Source: Bythopirellula sp. (GTDB taxonomy: Bacteria; Planctomycetota; Planctomycetia; Pirellulales; Lacipirellulaceae). Taken from it: 64,000 nt of DNA. The number at the start of each line of letters is the position of its first letter. The stretch's first letter is position 1. Below the pieces are notes generated by a model. It was not told where the DNA came from and searched no databases. It was given only the letters and a program-made list of their open reading frames with translations. A program made the translations under genes and the position numbers. Below, one piece after another: positions 46,874 through 56,768 of the stretch. Location: positions 4,768,001-4,832,000 of the forward strand of contig OZ244170.1 in the NCBI GenBank assembly GCA_965216565.1, given 5' to 3'.

Positions 46874-47761
46874 ATGAATTTCCCGAACCTTCTCATCATT
46901 GGTGCCATGAAAGCGGGCACCACGAGCTTATACATGGACCTCACCTCCCATCCCCGGGTCTATCGTGCGGAGGATAAAGAACCACACGCGCTCTGCAGTG
47001 ATGCAGTGCTCACAGAGAGTGGCCGCGCTGCCTATGGAAATTCCTATGCCAATCTCAGCAGTCAGACGATCGTACCGGACGCCTCGACAGGGTATTCGAA
47101 ACGACCTGATCAGGAGGGTGTTGTCGATCGAGCGGTGAAGACATTGCCCGATGGATTTCGAGTGATCTACGTTGTCCGGCATCCAATTGACAGGATCATT
47201 AGCCAGCATCATCACGAATACACGGCAGGTACCGCGAGTGCAGATTTCAACGCCGAAGTCCGCAACGAATCTAAGTACTTAAACTACAGCCGCTACGCCT
47301 ATCAACTGACACCGTGGCTAGATGCCCTAGGCAGGGATCGCGTCTTAGTGTTGAAGTTTGAGGACTACATTGAGTCTCGATCAGAAACTATGGAAAAAGT
47401 CCGTCAATTTCTAGATCTCGACGACCAAGTCATACCTGAAGATCAGACGCAGGTTTACAATAAAACGGCCGGTAAACCAGTTAGAAATCGATTCTGGGAT
47501 TTAGTTTTCCATAGTCGTGCTTATCGCCTTATGGTTCGACGAGTCCTTTCACCAAGAGTCCGATTAACTCTGATGCAATGGTTTTTACCGAAAGGATCCT
47601 TACAACCGGAAGCCCCTTCGCCTGAAACCATTTCGTGGCTACGCGAACAGCTGCAACCGGACCTTACAGAATTGCAGGAAATGCTGGAATTGGGGGTGCC
47701 ACTTTGGGAAGACCTCTGCACCGATGTCCAAAATCCAACCAGTTCCGTAGCTACAACCTAG
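46874..47761 (+). CDS. PAPS-dependent sulfotransferase
   Basis: IGAMKAGTTSL, KEP, DAS.GY and RHPIDRIIS motifs. Confidence 0.92.
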   Translation: MNFPNLLIIGAMKAGTTSLYMDLTSHPRVYRAEDKEPHALCSDAVLTESGRAAYGNSYANLSSQTIVPDASTGYSKRPDQEGVVDRAVKTLPDGFRVIYVVRHPIDRIISQHHHEYTAGTASADFNAEVRNESKYLNYSRYAYQLTPWLDALGRDRVLVLKFEDYIESRSETMEKVRQFLDLDDQVIPEDQTQVYNKTAGKPVRNRFWDLVFHSRAYRLMVRRVLSPRVRLTLMQWFLPKGSLQPEAPSPETISWLREQLQPDLTELQEMLELGVPLWEDLCTDVQNPTSSVATT

Positions 47762-47847
47762 TATTAATTGTCTATCTACCCCGCGAACAATAGGTCTTCC
47801 AAACCTAGACGAGCGTGGTATGTACCGAATATAGAGATTGAAGATTC

Positions 47848-49179
47848 ATGCAAAGCATAGTTGTCATGCTGCTGGCCTTATTGGCCTTCCTACTCACTCT
47901 GATGATGTTGATGCAGGGGCTGAGTCGCAAGGTCGATCTATTCAGCGTGCGCAACTTGTATTTATTCAGCTTTCTTGTCTATCAAATCATCAGTCCAGCC
48001 TATGTGCTTTATGCTGATTACTACCCGATGTTCAAGATTAATACTCCTGAGCATGATGCGCAAACGTTCTTGGTTTATTGCTACGCTTATGTTTTTATCT
48101 TGTTGCTTAGTTACCATCGGGTAAAAATCTCTTCCTGGTTCGCCAGTAAATTATCTGGCCCACCTCGTACAATCGACGACTCCTTTTTTCTGGGGTTGGC
48201 GGTCATGCTGGTCTTCATCGCGGTTCCATTGCGGTTCTTAGGGCCCAGTGTTCCTCTGCTTTCGAAGGCGTCCGTCCAGATCTCTATTGCCATGGCTGCT
48301 GTAGCTAGCGCGATTGCTGGATGGGTTTGGGGTGGCAGAAGGTTTAACCCGATGGTGATCGCGATGATGGTATTCATCGTGGGATCCAGCTTAGGCATCG
48401 GCATGTATGGTGCTTTCGGCCGTAGACCCCTGCTCAGTATTCTTTTAGGCATGGCATGGGGCTTCTACCATCGAAGGGCTAGAGATATTAAGCCGATTCG
48501 ATTGATTTTGGGTCTGTTGCCAATCGTGCTATTTGTCGCTTTGGCTGTGAGTGCTTTCACGGCAATCCGCAACAATCGCGATACGGCTCAGTCTCAGGTC
48601 ACCGATACAGTCTCGCAGATGTCCCAGGCAAACGTCGGATCCGGAGCACAGAACATTATCACGGGACAAACTTGTGGCGCTGCCAGCTTCTGGTGCATCG
48701 AGAATTACCCCACACCGATTGAACCTCGCTATCTCTATAGCATGAAGGTCCTAGTCTGCTGGTACATTCCTTCGATCTATTGGGAAGATAAGCCGGTTCC
48801 GCTGGGCAACCATATCGCTAAATTGGCTAGAATTCCTCGTGTTAACCAGGACAAACTGACTCTACCGCCCGGTGTGATTGGGTATGCAGCTGCCGAGGGA
48901 GGATGGATTGCGATTATCGTCTATGCTCTCTTCTACGGACAGTTCTTGCGATTCTTCGATGAATTGGTGCGGCTCAATCCAAAGAACGCTTTCATCTTGC
49001 TGCCTGTTGGTTGTGCCACGGGCCAAGTATTGGGTCTGGCTCGTGGGTGCATTGCGATTTTTGCCAATCTAATGATTATGGGTTTCATTGCCACTTATGT
49101 GTTTCTCTTTGTGGCAAATAAATTCTTTGGTCGCGATTCACAGCCCAACTATTGGTACCCGTGGCCTCAGCCTCGCTAA
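47848..49179 (+). CDS. Probable polysaccharide polymerase (Wzy-like)
   Basis: About 10 TM segments with a large periplasmic loop and a GRR motif; cluster context. Confidence 0.65.
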   Translation: MQSIVVMLLALLAFLLTLMMLMQGLSRKVDLFSVRNLYLFSFLVYQIISPAYVLYADYYPMFKINTPEHDAQTFLVYCYAYVFILLLSYHRVKISSWFASKLSGPPRTIDDSFFLGLAVMLVFIAVPLRFLGPSVPLLSKASVQISIAMAAVASAIAGWVWGGRRFNPMVIAMMVFIVGSSLGIGMYGAFGRRPLLSILLGMAWGFYHRRARDIKPIRLILGLLPIVLFVALAVSAFTAIRNNRDTAQSQVTDTVSQMSQANVGSGAQNIITGQTCGAASFWCIENYPTPIEPRYLYSMKVLVCWYIPSIYWEDKPVPLGNHIAKLARIPRVNQDKLTLPPGVIGYAAAEGGWIAIIVYALFYGQFLRFFDELVRLNPKNAFILLPVGCATGQVLGLARGCIAIFANLMIMGFIATYVFLFVANKFFGRDSQPNYWYPWPQPR

Positions 49180-49209
49180 GTAAACCATTTAGAAACTCGT
49201 CCACAACCT

Positions 49210-50388
49210 ATGGCTAACCGTCTTTCAGTGTTGCACTTTATAAGACGGGTCCGCGCGGAGGACGGCGGGGTTGTGCAAACCGTTCTGGATTTGTGCCAAA
49301 CCATCGCTGCCGCGGGACATAACGTAACCTTAGCCACCACCGACGCCACCGACGTACCGCAGCAGTGGCGTGACCATGGCGCCGAGACCCCCCAGGTACT
49401 TGAGCTTGGCCCCACGACATTCGCGAATCGACTTAGCCGACATTCACTCGGCTTGATTGAGTCGAAGTTGGGTGAAATCGAGGTGGCCCACCTGCATACG
49501 CCCTGGGAATTGGCCAACGTGCAACTCGCTGACGCGTTTCGCAAGGCTAGTATTCCTTACGTTGTTACTGCCCATGGGATGTTGGACGACTGGTGCATGA
49601 TCCAGAAGCCGCTCAAAAAGAAGATTTACCTGAGTCTGTTTGCCAAGCGGCTATTTGGGAAAGCATCCGTAGTCCACTTTACCGCAGAGGCAGAGCGTGA
49701 TCAGGCACTGAAGTACGTGCCTGCCGGAGGCGGCCCCGCGATTCAAGCCTGTGCGATGGATCTTTCACCTTACGAGAATCTTCCGGGCAGGCAGCCCGCC
49801 TTGGACGCCTTTCCGCAGATCAATTCGGAGCGGCAGTCTATTCTGTTTCTAAGCCGTATCCATCCCAAGAAGGGAATTGAGATCCTGCTCCGTGCCGGCG
49901 CCGAATTGAAAGCCAGAGGCATGCCAACCCAAATACTGATTGCTGGGCCTGGCGAAGAATCCTATATCAATGAGCTCAAGTCGCTGGGCCAAGAACTCGG
50001 ACTGGAAAGAGATGTGCACTTTCTTGGCATGGTGCGAGGAGAAACCAAACTCTCCTTGTATCAGTTGGCCGACGTGTTTGTGCTGCCGACTTACCAAGAG
50101 AATTTCGGCTTAGTCTTACCCGAGGCCATGGCAAGCGGCACGGCTGTGGTGACAACGCGCGGGACCGACATCTGGCGAGAACTAGAACAAGCGGGTGCCA
50201 AAATCGTGGGGAACGAACCGAGTGACATTGCTGGTGCGATCCAGGAGTTCCTAACAGATGAAGAGCATCGCAAGGCGTCGGCAGAGCGCGGCCAACAATC
50301 TGTTGCCGAATGGCTCGGAGCGGACAACGTAGCCACGGGTTATGAAAACCTCTATCACACTGCCCTTGAGCGAGGTCCAATATCCTAG
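49210..50388 (+). CDS. Glycosyltransferase family 4
   Basis: TAHGML, FLSRIHPKKG and ENFGLVLPEAMASG. Confidence 0.93.
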   Translation: MANRLSVLHFIRRVRAEDGGVVQTVLDLCQTIAAAGHNVTLATTDATDVPQQWRDHGAETPQVLELGPTTFANRLSRHSLGLIESKLGEIEVAHLHTPWELANVQLADAFRKASIPYVVTAHGMLDDWCMIQKPLKKKIYLSLFAKRLFGKASVVHFTAEAERDQALKYVPAGGGPAIQACAMDLSPYENLPGRQPALDAFPQINSERQSILFLSRIHPKKGIEILLRAGAELKARGMPTQILIAGPGEESYINELKSLGQELGLERDVHFLGMVRGETKLSLYQLADVFVLPTYQENFGLVLPEAMASGTAVVTTRGTDIWRELEQAGAKIVGNEPSDIAGAIQEFLTDEEHRKASAERGQQSVAEWLGADNVATGYENLYHTALERGPIS

Positions 50389-50984
50389 TGAGCAATCAAC
50401 CAGCACAAGATGCCACTCCCCTCGAACAACATGTCGATGCCAAGGCGTTTCTCGACCTGAGCTCATTCAGTTCCAAGGGCTACTCCTCGGGACGTAGCAA
50501 AGTTGTTGAGTTACTCTGGTACTACTGCAGCCTGTTCGTCATGGAGAGTGGATTTTTTCCCTTCTACAAGATCAAGGTCTGGCTACTGCGACAGTTCGGT
50601 GCCCAGATTGGGACCGGGGTCGTCATCAAACCTAACGTTCGGATCAAGTATCCGTGGCGGTTGGTAGTAGGCGATCACTGTTGGATTGGGCAAGGGAGTT
50701 GGATTGATAACATCGAAGACGTGACCGTCGGCGACCATGTTTGCATTTCGCAACTTGTCTATTTCTGTACCGGCAGTCATGACCATCGGATTTCCTCCTT
50801 CGATCTCACAGCCAAGCCGATCGTAGTGCAGAATGGAGCGTGGGTGGGAGCTGGTGCCTTGGTGTTGGGTGGAATCACGGTCGAAGCGAACGCCATTGTG
50901 GCTGCCGGGAGTATCGTCACCAAAGACCCCCAGGCAGGATCGATTGTCGGTGGCAATCCGGCAAAGGTTATCGGTAAAAGGTAG
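50388..50984 (+). CDS. wcaF: WcaF-family exopolysaccharide acetyltransferase
   Basis: LLRQFGAQIG, IKYPWRL..GDHCWIG, LxTGSHD-like FCTGSHD and hexapeptide repeats. Confidence 0.9.
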   Translation: MSNQPAQDATPLEQHVDAKAFLDLSSFSSKGYSSGRSKVVELLWYYCSLFVMESGFFPFYKIKVWLLRQFGAQIGTGVVIKPNVRIKYPWRLVVGDHCWIGQGSWIDNIEDVTVGDHVCISQLVYFCTGSHDHRISSFDLTAKPIVVQNGAWVGAGALVLGGITVEANAIVAAGSIVTKDPQAGSIVGGNPAKVIGKR

Positions 50985-51068
50985 AGATGAGACTAGAATC
51001 AACTCGTTCGATGTTATAATAATTGTTCTTATTGGCCATCATTCAACAGCAAGTTAGTAGTTCCTAAA

Positions 51069-51836
51069 ATGCCATTCGACAAGATCATCAAGAGACTGAA
51101 ATACCCCCACAAGAAGACGGCCCTGAACTATTTCATGGACGATCCTCGACTGGTGTTTGGAATTCCATCGACTCCCAACAAGACGCATGTTGGCAGTTTT
51201 ATCGAACGGGCCATGGGAAAGAATATTGTGGAATCACTCCACTACTTTCTCCCCCGCGAACTAACTGACTGCCTCGATCAACATGGTGTGTGGGATACAC
51301 AGGGCTATCGGTTGATGTTGTACCTGCTGGTACGAAAACACCGGCCCGAGATCGTTGTTGAGACGGGTGTCGCACGTGGAACATCGAGCTCCTATATTCT
51401 GCAAGCCATGCGCGAAAACGGCACGGGGCATCTGTATTCCATCGACTTGCCCGCCGAAACGGTTGCCGTCGACGACGAACCCGATCGCGAAAGTCATCGC
51501 TTTACACTGGCCGATGGCCAAACACACCAGCAATACGAAGTTGGCTACATTGTGCCCGATTTTCTACGCGACCGTTGGACGCTGACCTTAGAAGATTCAC
51601 GCACTGCATTGCCGGCACTCATGGAGAAGCTGGGCACGATCGACTTTTTCTATCACGATAGTTTGCATAGCTACGACCACATGAAGTTTGAATTCGAAAC
51701 CTCATGGCCACACATCAAAGACGGCGGGCTCTTGCTATCCGACGATGTGCTGTGGAACAACGCCTTTCATGAAGTCTGCAAAGCACAGAACAGAAAGCCC
51801 TCCATCTATCGCAGCTTTGGGATGATTCAAAAATAG
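51069..51836 (+). CDS. Class I SAM-dependent methyltransferase (Methyltransf_24-like)
   Basis: VETGVARGTSS, LYSIDLP, IDFFYHDSLHSY and GGLLLSDD. Confidence 0.9.
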   Translation: MPFDKIIKRLKYPHKKTALNYFMDDPRLVFGIPSTPNKTHVGSFIERAMGKNIVESLHYFLPRELTDCLDQHGVWDTQGYRLMLYLLVRKHRPEIVVETGVARGTSSSYILQAMRENGTGHLYSIDLPAETVAVDDEPDRESHRFTLADGQTHQQYEVGYIVPDFLRDRWTLTLEDSRTALPALMEKLGTIDFFYHDSLHSYDHMKFEFETSWPHIKDGGLLLSDDVLWNNAFHEVCKAQNRKPSIYRSFGMIQK

Positions 51837-51982
51837 GTCCGCGGGAAACAGCGAATGTAGCGGTTATCCGATGCCCGGGCTGTTACGATCGGAACAAAGC
51901 TTTTCAGTGTTTTTCCAGGCTATGCCTCTAGCCCCGGTGGTTGTGGCTGGTTGGCTTGGGGGATGGTATTCTGAAGTAGATA

Positions 51983-52876
51983 ATGAGTGAACTCGATTAC
52001 CCCCAACTCCTGAAACCCATTGTTGTCATCGGCTCTCCCCGATCTGGCACGACCCTGCTTGGGAACTTGCTTGGCGCTCATCCAGCATTGGCTCACCTCG
52101 TAGAACCGCGGCTGACATGGAAATTCGGGAACGACTCGAAGTCGGATATGTTGCGGGTCGAGGACGCACGCGAAGATGTGTGCCGACACATTCGACAGAC
52201 GTTTGCTCAAAGCGTTGTCGAGCAAGGACGCGAGCGTTTGTTGGAAAAAACCCCCAGCAATTCGCTGCGAATGGAGTTTGTCGATCGAGTGTTACCTGGC
52301 TGTCAATTCGTACATATCATCCGTGACGGGGTCGAGTCGGTACTTTCAATCCGAAAATTTTGGCAAGGGCATGCCCGCGGTATTCAAAAAGGAAAAATAG
52401 GCGAACGGCTTCGCGAGATTAATTTCCGCAGAGCACCCCACTACGCAAAGGAACTCATGCGGCGGGTATTACCGGAGAGTTTCTCCGGGGTGGTTGGCCA
52501 CGCAGTGTGGGGCCCCCGTTTGCCTGGCATCGATGGTTTGTTGAAGGACCTGAGTGTCTTGGAAGTCTGCTGCTTGCAATGGCGGATGAGTGTGGAAAGT
52601 GCCTGCTACTTTGGTCGCAGCCTACCCCGAGAACGCTATATGGAATGCCGACTGGAGGACATGTCGCCTGAGCTTCTAGAGTCGGTTCTCGAGTTTTGTA
52701 ACTTGCAAGTCACCGACGAAGTCGGGGCCCGATTTCAATCGCACTTTGATTCAAAGCTTACCACCAGACGACAAGTTGAGGCTGATCCCGAGGACTTAGC
52801 GGTCATTGAGCGCTGGATTGGCCCGACACGTGCCTGGCTTGTCCAGACATCTCACGCTGAGCACTGCACCACCTAA
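51983..52876 (+). CDS. PAPS-dependent sulfotransferase (Sulfotransfer_3 type)
   Basis: IGSPRSGTTLL, LEKTP and HIIRDG..S motifs. Confidence 0.92.
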   Translation: MSELDYPQLLKPIVVIGSPRSGTTLLGNLLGAHPALAHLVEPRLTWKFGNDSKSDMLRVEDAREDVCRHIRQTFAQSVVEQGRERLLEKTPSNSLRMEFVDRVLPGCQFVHIIRDGVESVLSIRKFWQGHARGIQKGKIGERLREINFRRAPHYAKELMRRVLPESFSGVVGHAVWGPRLPGIDGLLKDLSVLEVCCLQWRMSVESACYFGRSLPRERYMECRLEDMSPELLESVLEFCNLQVTDEVGARFQSHFDSKLTTRRQVEADPEDLAVIERWIGPTRAWLVQTSHAEHCTT

Positions 52877-52942
52877 TCATCTATCCCAGACTCCTCATTG
52901 GATCTGCCGACAATTTTTTTCCATTAATCTTTCGACATTCAC

Positions 52943-54199
52943 ATGCCTTCCAAATCCAAACCAGTTTTTTTGGTCATCTCCCAAGTCTTTCCACCCGACC
53001 CGATAGCGGTTGGTCAGCATATGCGCGATGCGGCACGGGGACTTGCTGAGCGGGGGTTTGAGGTTCGGGTGCTTACTTCCGGGCGTGGCTATGACGATCC
53101 CACGGCGAAGTATCCACCCCGCGAGACGATGGACGGCGTCGATGTGATCCGACTGCCTTTGTCTTCGCTGGGTAAGAAAACGATGGCCCATCGATTAGTG
53201 GGGCAGTCTCTGTTCTTGTTGCAGACAATTTTCCGAGGTCTCTTCACTCCCCGCCTAGCTGGCATTCTAGTGAGCACCTCGCCACCCATGGCCTCAATTG
53301 CCGCCTTGATAATTCGTTTGTTCCGTAGTGCGCGTATCAAGTTTTGGGTAATGGATCTTAATCCCGACCAATTGATCGAAACGGGACGCATTAAAGAAAC
53401 GTCTCTGCCGGCTCGAATTTTTAATGCGCTCAATAGAATGATTCTCCGTGCCTCCGACGACGTGGTGGCACTCGATCGGTTTATGGCGGAACGTCTGCTT
53501 AGGAAGGTGAACGTCAAAGACAAGATATCTATCCAGCCCCCCTGGCCGCATTCCGATCACCTGGAAACAGTTGAGCATGCCGAGAATCCGTTCCGCAAAG
53601 AACACGATCTCGAAGACAAGTTTGTGGTGATGTATAGTGGCAATCACGGTCAAACGACGCCGGTCACAACCGTGCTCGACGCCGCGGTTCGCATGCAAGA
53701 TCGCAAGAGGCTTGTGTTCATGTTTATCGGCGGTGGTGTGGGCAAACGTGATGTCGAGGCCACCATTGCCAAGCACAACCCGACGAACATTATCGATCTG
53801 CCCTACCAGCCGATCGATCGCATCAAATACAGCCTTTCGGCCGCGGATGTCCATTTGGTTACCATGGAAGAATGCGTGGTGGGCGTGATTCATCCTTGCA
53901 AAATCTACGGAGCCATGGAAATCGGCAGGCCCATTCTTTCCGTGGGTCCCGAGGAATATCATGTCTCAGACGTCATGCAGGGAAGAGACATCGGTTGGCA
54001 CGTTCCTCATGGAGATGTCGACAAACTGATAGAAACGTTGGACATGATTCTTGCCCTGCCGCAGGAGAAACTCCGCGAAATGGGTAATCGGGCGGCTAAA
54101 ATTGTGCAAGAGAACTACCAACAACAAGCCATGATCGAAGAGTTCACCGACATCATGGTGCGCAACGTGCCTGGTGCTCCTATAGAAAGTAACGAGTGA
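52943..54199 (+). CDS. Glycosyltransferase family 4 (WcaI/WbuB-like)
   Basis: ISQVFPPD, TSPP, DLNPD, MYSGNHG and HPCKIYG. Confidence 0.9.
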   Translation: MPSKSKPVFLVISQVFPPDPIAVGQHMRDAARGLAERGFEVRVLTSGRGYDDPTAKYPPRETMDGVDVIRLPLSSLGKKTMAHRLVGQSLFLLQTIFRGLFTPRLAGILVSTSPPMASIAALIIRLFRSARIKFWVMDLNPDQLIETGRIKETSLPARIFNALNRMILRASDDVVALDRFMAERLLRKVNVKDKISIQPPWPHSDHLETVEHAENPFRKEHDLEDKFVVMYSGNHGQTTPVTTVLDAAVRMQDRKRLVFMFIGGGVGKRDVEATIAKHNPTNIIDLPYQPIDRIKYSLSAADVHLVTMEECVVGVIHPCKIYGAMEIGRPILSVGPEEYHVSDVMQGRDIGWHVPHGDVDKLIETLDMILALPQEKLREMGNRAAKIVQENYQQQAMIEEFTDIMVRNVPGAPIESNE

Positions 54200-54624
54200 A
54201 CATGCCGAAGTTTCGTGTTGATCATATTGGCGTCGCTGTTCGCGATATGGACCAGGCCCTAGCGTTATACACCGATACGTTCGGGTACAAGTTGGTACGT
54301 GGCCCCTTCGATGATCCGGAGCAACAAGCTCAAGTCGCATTCATCGAAACTGCCGCACCGGACGATCCTGCGTTGGAATTGGTAGCTCCGCTGGCCGAGG
54401 GATCCCAAGTCGAGCGTGTGCTCGCCAAGGGGCTCAGCCTATACCATATTTGCTATGAAGTCCCAGACATTGAGCTAGCCATCGAGCACCTGCGAGCTCA
54501 GAAATGCCTCCTGGTTAGCGGTCCTACGCCGGCAGTGGCCTACGACGGCCGACCGATTGCCTGGCTCTATACACCCAACCGACAGCTTACTGAGTTAGTA
54601 GAAGCCCCCCCAGAATCGTCATGA
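54196..54624 (+). CDS. VOC family protein (methylmalonyl-CoA epimerase-like)
   Basis: DHIGVAV, Q, ELVAP, YHICYEV and ELVE, giving the H/Q/H/E metal-ligand pattern. Confidence 0.88.
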   Translation: MNMPKFRVDHIGVAVRDMDQALALYTDTFGYKLVRGPFDDPEQQAQVAFIETAAPDDPALELVAPLAEGSQVERVLAKGLSLYHICYEVPDIELAIEHLRAQKCLLVSGPTPAVAYDGRPIAWLYTPNRQLTELVEAPPESS

Positions 54625-56510
54625 GTTTGCCCGCCGAAAAGCGCAAAGAAATCGACCAGGCCATTGCAGATTCGCAAGTGGGCCGAGCACTGGCGTTGCT
54701 CAAGGGGCTGTGGCGAACGGAGCCATCGCTGGCCATGGCTCCCTTTATCGTGGATCGTTTTGGCAAGCTTTCCGATGCACCGCCGACCGTCTCCTGTAAT
54801 TTGTTGGTTCTACGTTCGTTTACCGTCGAGCCAGTCGTACCGCTCGCCCGGGCCGGCGCGCTCTGCTATGGCATGGATCTCTCCGTGCGAGTCGGCCAGT
54901 TCAATAGCTACGTGCAGGAAATTCTCGATCCCAACAGTACGCTGTATCAAGATCCCACCGACGTGGTGTTGCTAGCCGTTCAAACTCGTGATCTCGCGCC
55001 GGAGCTTTGGTCTAAATGGACCGATTTGGAAACTAAAGAAGCAGGGGCAATCATCGCGCGGATTATCGAGGACTATCGCACGTGGGTTGCAACGATACGC
55101 TCTCGTAGTTCCGCCCATATAGTGATTCACAATTTGGAAAAACCTCCGCTTGCTTCTGCCGGCATTCACGATGCCCAGTGTAGCAACGGTCAGCTCGCCG
55201 CCATCGAACAGATCAACGCCGGTCTTGCCACACTCTGCGGAGAGTTCACTGGTGTCCATGTGCTAGATTACGAACAACTGGTTGCCCGTCATGGCCGGGA
55301 ACGATGGCATGACGAACACAAATGGTTGACGGCGCGGCTACCAATTGCTGCCGATGCGTTGATTCACTTGGCTAATGAATGGCTGCGGTACTTGTTGCCA
55401 ATTCGTGGCAAACAGGCGAAGTGCCTGGTCTGCGATTTAGACAATACTCTCTGGGGTGGGATCATCGGCGAAGATGGCATAAACGGTATCAAGCTGGGCG
55501 GCGAGTACCCCGGAGCCGCCTACTTGCAATTACAAAGAGCCGCACGCGACCTGATCAATCGTGGTATCTTGTTGGCTGTCTGCAGCAAGAACAACGAAGC
55601 CGACGCACTGGAAGCCATCGACGAGCATCCCGAGATGCTGCTCAGGAGCAAAGACTTTTCGGCACTCAAGATCAACTGGACCGACAAAGCACAGAACTTG
55701 CGCGAGATTGCTGAGGAGCTGAATATCGGAATCGATTCCCTAGTGCTGATCGACGACAACCCCGTGGAACGCGAATTTGTTCGCGAAATGCTTCCCGAAG
55801 TAACGGTCATTGATATCGATGCCGACGCCCCCCTGGGGCATGCCACGGCTTTGCAGAGTTGCCCCTTGTTCCAGCGATTGGAGGTCTCTGCGGAAGATCG
55901 CAAACGGAGCCAGATTTATGCCGAGCAACAGGAGCGGGCCACTCTGAAATCGTCAGTCACCTCCATCGAAGACTACTACCGCTCGCTCGAGATGGTGGCG
56001 AGCTTCGGCCTGGCCGACGAGGCGAGTTGCCCTCGCGTAGCACAGTTGACACAGAAGACCAATCAACTCAATATGACAACTCGCCGATACAGCGAGCAGG
56101 ACATTCAAGCCTTCATAGCCGATCCCCAAGTGCGGGTTTATTGGGCACGTGTGGAAGATCGATTCGGCGACAATGGCATCGTCGGTGTGATGATTGTTCG
56201 CGACGAGGGCGAGCAATGGATGATCGATACGTTTCTGATGAGCTGCCGGGTCATTGGTCGCACAGTCGAAACTGCCATGTTAGGAATCCTGGCCGAACAC
56301 GCCGAGCAAAGTGGTGCACGCAAGCTATTGGGTCCCTTCGTGCCCACTGCCAAGAATGCTCCGGCTCAAGAGATCTACGCCAACAACAAATTTCAGTGTA
56401 TTGAAGAAAACGATTCAGGATCGCTGTGGGAATTGGATTTTAGCCAAGCTTCGCTAAGACCACCCGAGTGGATCGACTGCAGACAGAATAAGAGTTTAGG
56501 AGTTTCGTGA
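54621..56510 (+). CDS. fkbH: FkbH-like HAD-IIIC glyceryl transferase/phosphatase
   Basis: CDLDNTLWGG, CSKNN, IDDNPVER, QLTQKTNQ.N.TTRRY, DRFGDNG and FLMSCRVIGR. Confidence 0.93.
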   Translation: MSLPAEKRKEIDQAIADSQVGRALALLKGLWRTEPSLAMAPFIVDRFGKLSDAPPTVSCNLLVLRSFTVEPVVPLARAGALCYGMDLSVRVGQFNSYVQEILDPNSTLYQDPTDVVLLAVQTRDLAPELWSKWTDLETKEAGAIIARIIEDYRTWVATIRSRSSAHIVIHNLEKPPLASAGIHDAQCSNGQLAAIEQINAGLATLCGEFTGVHVLDYEQLVARHGRERWHDEHKWLTARLPIAADALIHLANEWLRYLLPIRGKQAKCLVCDLDNTLWGGIIGEDGINGIKLGGEYPGAAYLQLQRAARDLINRGILLAVCSKNNEADALEAIDEHPEMLLRSKDFSALKINWTDKAQNLREIAEELNIGIDSLVLIDDNPVEREFVREMLPEVTVIDIDADAPLGHATALQSCPLFQRLEVSAEDRKRSQIYAEQQERATLKSSVTSIEDYYRSLEMVASFGLADEASCPRVAQLTQKTNQLNMTTRRYSEQDIQAFIADPQVRVYWARVEDRFGDNGIVGVMIVRDEGEQWMIDTFLMSCRVIGRTVETAMLGILAEHAEQSGARKLLGPFVPTAKNAPAQEIYANNKFQCIEENDSGSLWELDFSQASLRPPEWIDCRQNKSLGVS

Positions 56511-56749
56511 TGAGTGCCGAAGTAACCGACGAAGTACGACAAACGATTGCCGAAGTGTTCTTTATCGATGCCTCGGAAGTAACCGCGGAATCGACACCAG
56601 AGACGATTGCTGCCTGGGATTCGATGGGTCACTTGAACCTGATTCTGGCACTCGAGCAAAAGTTTGGTCATACCTTCGATCCCGAGCAAATCCCCCAACT
56701 CACGTCTGTCGCAGCGATCGCAGAAGCTGTCTCTGCAAAGAACGGCTGA
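56507..56749 (+). CDS. Acyl carrier protein
   Basis: 80-aa acidic protein with the phosphopantetheine site WDSMGH..LILALE. Confidence 0.92.
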   Translation: MMSAEVTDEVRQTIAEVFFIDASEVTAESTPETIAAWDSMGHLNLILALEQKFGHTFDPEQIPQLTSVAAIAEAVSAKNG

Positions 56750-56768
56750 TTTACGAATTGGTTCGATT

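Noticed and set aside
54196..56749. Polyketide/tetronate biosynthetic cluster
   Set aside because: No ketosynthase, FabH-like or NRPS genes; the context is polysaccharide biosynthesis.
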